Positions 57,497 through 64,000 of a DNA stretch of 64,000 nt are shown in pieces (positions within the stretch are counted from its first letter, which is position 1; the number at the start of each line of letters is the position of its first letter). The position numbers and the translations under genes are program-made. The notes beneath the pieces were generated by a model. The model searched no databases. It was not told where the DNA came from and saw only the letters and a program-made list of their open reading frames with translations. The stretch is taken from assembly GCA_017499595.2 (NCBI GenBank), contig CM038999.1, positions 1-64,000 on the forward strand, read 5' to 3'. The DNA is from Psilocybe cubensis (taxonomy: Eukaryota).

Positions 57497-58325
57497 GTAG
57501 CAATAGACAGATAAAATAAGATGTGTGATACAAGTGCAATGTCAGGGGTTCCAAACTACGAGCGAGCATTATGCGTGTAGCATTAAACGGCGACGATGGG
57601 GTGCAGCTGGTGTAAATTCACAGTCTGAAATCTTTATCAACAATCACTGATATTCTTTCTGCTTAGTGTGCATGACAGTATCTCACTACAGGTATAAAAC
57701 CTCCCTATTGTCCATGTGCCATACGATCCGAAGCTGCACGAGCTGCCTTGATGTTTTTCTCACCATGTCCTTCCGAATTGTCGCCGGCTATTATAGATAC
57801 ATACGCTCGTACCGGGACAGAACCACGAGGCTCATGCTGAGAATCCGTTTAGTAATCCCAGACCAGTTTTTTCAGCCGACGCAATACTCATATTTACTAA
57901 GAAAACGTTCCCAAAAGAGAGGAGTTGAGGTTCAAGATGCTAGAGGTCGAAGACGGCTAGGAACATCATAGGCCCTGGCCTGTCAGCTGAAGGGAAGGCG
58001 AAGGTATGCAGCCATTAAAATTATGATATCCCAGTATCAAATTTCAAAACCCGTCGATGAATATCTCGGCTTTGGCACTTTAAATTTGTGCGCCTAAGTA
58101 CTAGCTTGCTTCCGTGTGGAGGTCTAACGAGTGACGCAATCTGTCAGTCTCTGAACTATGGCAGATAGGTTAGCAGCACTTATTTATAATAGCCTATTAG
58201 TGCGTAATGGACTATTGAAGGGCGGCCAGAGAAACGAACTAGCCAGGCATTTATTTGCAGATACCATGTTGACGGTATCCACAATCCTGGTATGGCCTGT
58301 AAGAATAACTCGGGACATAATGTAT
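57497..58325. repeat. Dispersed duplication, copy 2 (partner ~40338-41190)
   Basis: See copy 1. Confidence 0.85.
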
Positions 58326-58601
58326 TTCCTTGCTATCAACCATCCCCAAAGCCATAGACAGAGGCAGCCAGTGAGACAGACGATGATTCATTCCTGATCC
58401 GCATCCGTCCAAGACGCACAATGTACATGTATGTTTCTATTCACTGTCCTACCCCTCCTCATCTGTCGTGTACTCTTCATAATGAAAGGGATAATCAAGA
58501 GGAACATCGAGAATTTTGTGGGACTCTGTGGCCTTAAGTTTCACTAACCAAGATTTCAACCGGTCGTACTCCATCCCACAAAAATATTTGTGGTTGTATT
58601 T

Positions 58602-61600
58602 CTAAATCCAGGTATGAGTACGTAAGGGTTTACAGAAAGAGAATATCCGCACCCCCAAAAATTGCATTGTCAAGTCACAGAATCCAGACGGAGGTCTCCA
58701 TCGATATTTACGATCCAGTTTATGCCAGATATAGTGCAGTAACCTAATCTTCGTTAGGTTCTCTTGTGTTGGGATTGCGTAAGGCATGCACTGGAGCAAT
58801 GATAGGAAATGTTTATCTCGGAAGTCCATCCAGTATACTCTACCACCTTGGTCCAAGATGCCATAGTGCTTTGATACAAGTACATTGAGAAGAAATGTGG
58901 CAAGATGGGGATACCAATCCAAGGCTACGATGGGCAAAACAGGGTGTCGGGTACCCAGTAATTGGTTAATCTCCAACACTGAGTGGAAGAGACGAATCCA
59001 TGTGAGCCACAACTCACTGGTACCACCTCCAGCTCTTATATTCTCCGAGAGGATGTATTTACCGTCGAGCGTCGGAGATATACCCATAATGTGGTGGTTG
59101 TACTGCCTTCCAGAATCTTTGGCAGTAAGGAAGTACGACGAGTGTTCGATGTACAGTGATATGAGTGCCGAAAATGTGGTTTTAGCAGCCGCTTCGAATT
59201 TTACAATAAGCATACTGTCGTGTTCCTCGAGTACATGCCTATTTGTTCCGGTCTATGACCCGATAAAATTAGTGTACGTGTCGGGGGTAGCGACTGAATA
59301 AAAAATACCAATTGTCTGTGAAGCCAACCCAATGAAGCGTTCGCAAATTGCGGCAAGTATTGGGGCAGCTTAGGCAGCTGTGGATGAATCAGAATATGTA
59401 GTATAGTCATCCTGTGAGAATTTTGGAGATATTCTCTTGAACGGATATCAGATCGTGCTGGATTATGCAAGAAGCGGACCACTTCGTTCAATGGGGACTC
59501 CAACGTAGCTTCCGTCCCGTTGAAGAGTTGATTAAGAAGTTCGATCACACGAACCAGACCTGGAGTTTCCCACTCTGCTACTAGGGCTGGAGGTAGGTAT
59601 GTACTCGATACTTTGTCAATCTCCTTCTCGAATACGTCGAGAATGATTTCCACGTGTCCCCGATCTTTGTAACAGAAGATATTGACAATACCGTGTATGT
59701 CTTGGAGCTCTGATACAATGGCATCATTCGTAATATGCATTTCTGCGCCTATGTCCAGGATGTCAAAAGATGATGTATCCCTCCGCCAGCTTTGCCTAAC
59801 AAGATACCCGAGAATGGGCCCGTCAAGAGAGGTAGCCTCGAGAACCTGCTGGACTGAGATGGTCAATGCCAACATGACAGGACGTTGAAGTGATTGAAGT
59901 AGATCCAGTAGAGGCTTTAACCCTTGCGCTGGTGTCAATTCCCTCCAACTCTGATCCCGTAGTATACATCTCTGGAACGTTGAAAGGATCCATAATATGT
60001 GCTTTGATCGAGGTATTTTTCTGTCTGCTTCGGATAATACCCCTTCAAGTGCTTCGTGTAGATATTTGAGCTCTTGAATAATAATATCCATGTCTGAGCT
60101 TGGAAGTTCCACGAGGCTATATAGGATAGTTGAAACAGTTGGAAAAGAAAAACCTAGGTGATATTGTGACGGTCCAATACTGTAGTAATTGAATATCAAT
60201 AATTAAAACCAATATGCCGTCACGAAAGGTATACCGATTAATTATTCCATCAATGTCAGGATTGCCATGTAGCAATTCTATCAAGTGCCGTATAATAACA
60301 CAAAATGCGTGAATCGACGTGGACCATTCGTTGACCAGAAATTTCCCGGATCTAGAAGAATCTTTTAGAAACTCTTCAAACGATAGGTGATGGAACGACA
60401 GCCATGGCGTATCATATCTCGGGGTCCCAAACGTTGGTATCAGTCTTTGTAAAAGTGGAGGGTATTTGGATTCTGTTGTGCAAATCAAAGATCGCATGGA
60501 TCGCAAAATTTGACGCAGCTCCGAAGGAGAAACATTAAAAATCAGCTCCATGACACTTTCCGAGTTGCTGTAAGGGGTGCACAAAATGGCACCCAGAACA
60601 CGTTTAAGCGCATCCCATCGTGGATACGATGACAAAATGGAGGCATACAACTGGTCCAGTTCGGAGAATGCAAGAGCGTCATGAGGACCAGGTCTGATCA
60701 ATATGCGAAGCTGTTCGAGGGGGTCACAGTGTAGGGAATCACCAATGAATTTTACGACGGTGGATGCATAAACAAATTGTCCAGATGCAGACCTGACGAA
60801 TCGGTCGATGAGGTGGTCCTCGGGCCATGGCCGAGGGACAGAATGCATTATTTCGATGTTTTCTTCATATATCCTATTAAATTCACTGCGTAGGTAGATT
60901 TCTATTCCAGCGTCGGCTTCAAGGTCGTCCCGCAAAGAAACACGTTTCACGATAGAGCTGAAACACCCGGTCTCGAACACATCGGCTATCCAGTACTCTG
61001 GACGACTGATAATCAGGAAGCGCAATGGGATGCGATGCTGAATAATAGCATTCGCAATGGTGGACAAGATTGCGACCTGCATACGCTTCTCTCCAGAGCA
61101 CTCGTCCAGGCCGTCAATGATGACCACTGGGTGGTGGGCGGGCCAATTGCGCACTTTGGTGAGAGGTCTGATAATAAGATTTTGAAGTTGAATATTGATC
61201 AATTTGGTGGGAAGTGTAGGATTCTCCTGCATGACGGTATCGAGTATGACACGGTATTCGGGGAAATTGATGGCAAGCTCGTGAGCAATGGTGGAAAATA
61301 GCTTGTTCCCGTCTCCGCGTCCAGGAGCTCCCTTTGCAAAGAAAAAGCTCGAGCCATATCTGCGATCAGCAGAACGCTCTTGTAACATCATGGCAATGGA
61401 GTGTCCTATTGCTGATTTTCCGGCACCTGCGGGACCATAGAGCCACAGGGCTTGCTTCTCAGGAGCCGGGTCGTCAATCCACTCCATAATGGTCTTAATA
61501 ACCCTCTCCCGAGTACCTGGGTGGCATTGAGCTGGCGGAAATCGCTCCGCAGAGTCGTATATTGCATCGGAGGCTACGTATTTCTCGAGTAGATGTAAAC

Positions 61601-61748
61601 CTGACCATTTTGTTTAAACAAATACTTCAATCCATACGTTGACAATCCAGCACTCGCCTGTGTCCTTCCCCGGTCCGTAGATATTCTGCGTCTGAATGAA
61701 GTTCCCTCCATTGATCATTAGGTTGTGTGCGTCAGGAAACTGCTGCAT
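58602..61748 (-). CDS. NACHT-domain (fungal NLR-like) protein, multi-exon
   Basis: N-terminus MQQFPDAHNLMINGGNF, then YDSAERFPPAQCHPGTRE, Walker A WLYGPAGAGKSAI, Walker B VVIIDGLDEC, FLIISRPE and SGQFVYASTVVKFI. The 3' exon structure is uncertain. Confidence 0.85.
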
Positions 61749-64000
61749 TGGTAAGTACTAAAAGTTCTGTGTCGAACGCAAGCCGATATGTAGCATAGGT
61801 GGGATTACGAACGGTAGGAGTGACTGATGGGAGAGAGGTAGAAAGGTTGTCATGGTGGTAAATCCCTACCTGAATCGTGTACTGTTCTTTCTCGCACGCT
61901 TCCATTACCAAGTATGACAGGCACAGCAACTTTTTTATACAGCCAATGTGAGAGTCTGGGGATTCGACGGGATGTTGGTTTAATTGAACCCGAGAACTAA
62001 AATCAACTAGATATATTTATACACCATCCCCGTGTGTTGACATCCGACTTTACACAACAATTGTTTGCGTCCAAGCGCATCCTCATCTATCAAATTATGA
62101 CGTGTGTAAATATTAAGAGTATTATATTATCGACTCAGTATCTGCTGCAAGCAAAACAAACACGTACTCTTGCAGGTCTCACGAAAGGTGGTTCGGTTGG
62201 GCTGGGCACGATCCTATGATACGAGTGCCAGGCAAGATGAATTTTCAAGCGGAGATTGAACAGGCTAACGCACTTCTCGTCTCGCATTCGCGCTCAAACC
62301 ATTCTCTGTGCTCGTCCGTTAATGCAGCGCACCAGCATGGTGGTTCTACAATCTTTCTTTGCTGCTGTTCGAAGATCTCGCACATGCCAAGAGACATCCA
62401 ATTCAACATTGACACCGACTGCAGCATCAGTGAGTTCGCACATCCGACCCTCTCCTGTGAGCTCCAACGCGCACTTTAACACAGCCGTTTAACTTCACAC
62501 TGCCTCCTCCAATCTCGCGCAGTCCACATCAACTCTAACGCGAATAGTGGTCAGCAGTCCAGGGTGAGTCAAACCCGCCGGATTCTCGTCCCCTCTTCCA
62601 CCTTTTCATCCCCCTCATCACTTTTCTGTCCAATCCCGTACCACTCTCAATTACCCTCCAAACCACACTCCGTTAGACTCCTTTCCTCCCTTACAAACAC
62701 AGCTCATTCCATGCCACTTCATTCACACAGTTCAACCCTTCAGAATCTCCACCCCCGACCTCTCCCCTCATCACACCACCTCCCACCCTTCCAATTAATG
62801 AACCAAACCACCGTCGACCCTTTCTCGTACCAATTCCTCCGCTTGGATATATGTGAACCTATCCAAACTCGTCTCACAGTCCACAAAACAAGAGTCGTTC
62901 CTCCATACATCATCCGGGCCCCGTTGACGGTCGTCAATGCACTGCGATGAGTTAATGGTCAGCTAGGGCATTTACGGATACAAATAGATGCAGGATCTGC
63001 TTATCGCCTATGCCGCATGCGGTGCATGTTTCCCTCAACACCAATTGGAAAGGGGTGGGGTGTTTGACGAACTTACGGTGCGTTGCAACGTCTATGTACA
63101 CTGTCGCCGTCTTCACATCACTCTTTAAACTTTCTGTATGTTTCAGCAGCATCCGGTATTCACCTCCACATGTCCCGTCCCGTTCACAAACCCCAGGAAT
63201 TGTCCATGGCATTCGGCTGAATTTGCGCAGCAGAGCATGCACGTCGCTCAACGATTCAAATCGTCGACCTCCGCACGTTCAACGTCAATGCACCTCTTGC
63301 ACACTCGACCGCTCGCATTCTCTCCTCTCTCACAGTCACACTTATCGCCGCTCATTCCATTTGTGAACTGGGCCACCGCGTGCTCCCCATCAGGGGGTTT
63401 CGACAAATGGGCACGACAGCATATTGTACAATATAAGTTATTGTTCATCGACGAACCTGAGAGCACGCATATACGCATGTTCAGCAGCTCGTGATGATGA
63501 GCCTGCGCGGGGTTGGGGGCGGGATTCAGTTGGTAGAGTTGCAGAGAGAAACGCGGCGCTTCGTATGGTCGAGCCTGGGCTCTTCCCGAACTTCTCCTCT
63601 GGTCGGTGTCTACCTCCTCTGTAGCCCTCAATACCACATCCTGGCTTCCACAGTGTTATCCAACACCGGCTCTACTTCACACTCCCCAGGGCATCTCTCC
63701 CTCGTCTGCTGTATCCTGAAAATGATAGAGATGAGCTCAAAATATTATGTGCGTACGGAAATTCCATCATATCTCCTGCAAAAAATACATAAATATTGAC
63801 GGAACACGTTGACGTAAATATTTACTTCTGTGACACGACCTTCATACGGTGGTATAAATAAAAAACATTAACGGCCATTATATCGATCAGCGTTCTGCGA
63901 TATCAGGATTCCTGTGCCAACTAAGTCAGTACTCAATCCATCTTTTCATACCTGACTTGGATTGTGCCTTGTTGTCATGCAAGCTATAATATTCGCATTT

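Overview
This window is the left end of a fungal chromosome, probably from an agaric basidiomycete (inferred from the gene content). Bases 1-146 are terminal (CCCTAAA)n telomere. Bases ~141-35594 are a head-to-tail array of telomere-associated, endonuclease-less Penelope-like retroelements (Coprina/Athena type): six near-full-length units with a ~1176-aa RT ORF plus three 5'-truncated units, separated by short telomeric tracts and sitting on an older telomere at 35586-35684. Every ~700-bp pseudo-LTR (pLTR) carries a type I hammerhead ribozyme (14 sites). Main finding: at three of these sites a 929-nt ORF-less group I intron (IC1-like core) is inserted inside the hammerhead's CU|C cleavage triplet, so the hammerhead can only form after the intron splices out. 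The intron also carries a 12-nt antisense to the hammerhead core and a triplicated hairpin. The RT ORF appears to contain a 61-nt GC-AG intron that switches translation into a basic ORF1-type tail. The remainder is subtelomeric DNA: a divergent forkhead gene with a decayed duplicate, an FHA (Far10/Vps64-like) gene broken by a Mutator-like element with a 9-bp TSD, a NACHT gene and local duplications. All structural calls were read by eye, with no database search or folding software.
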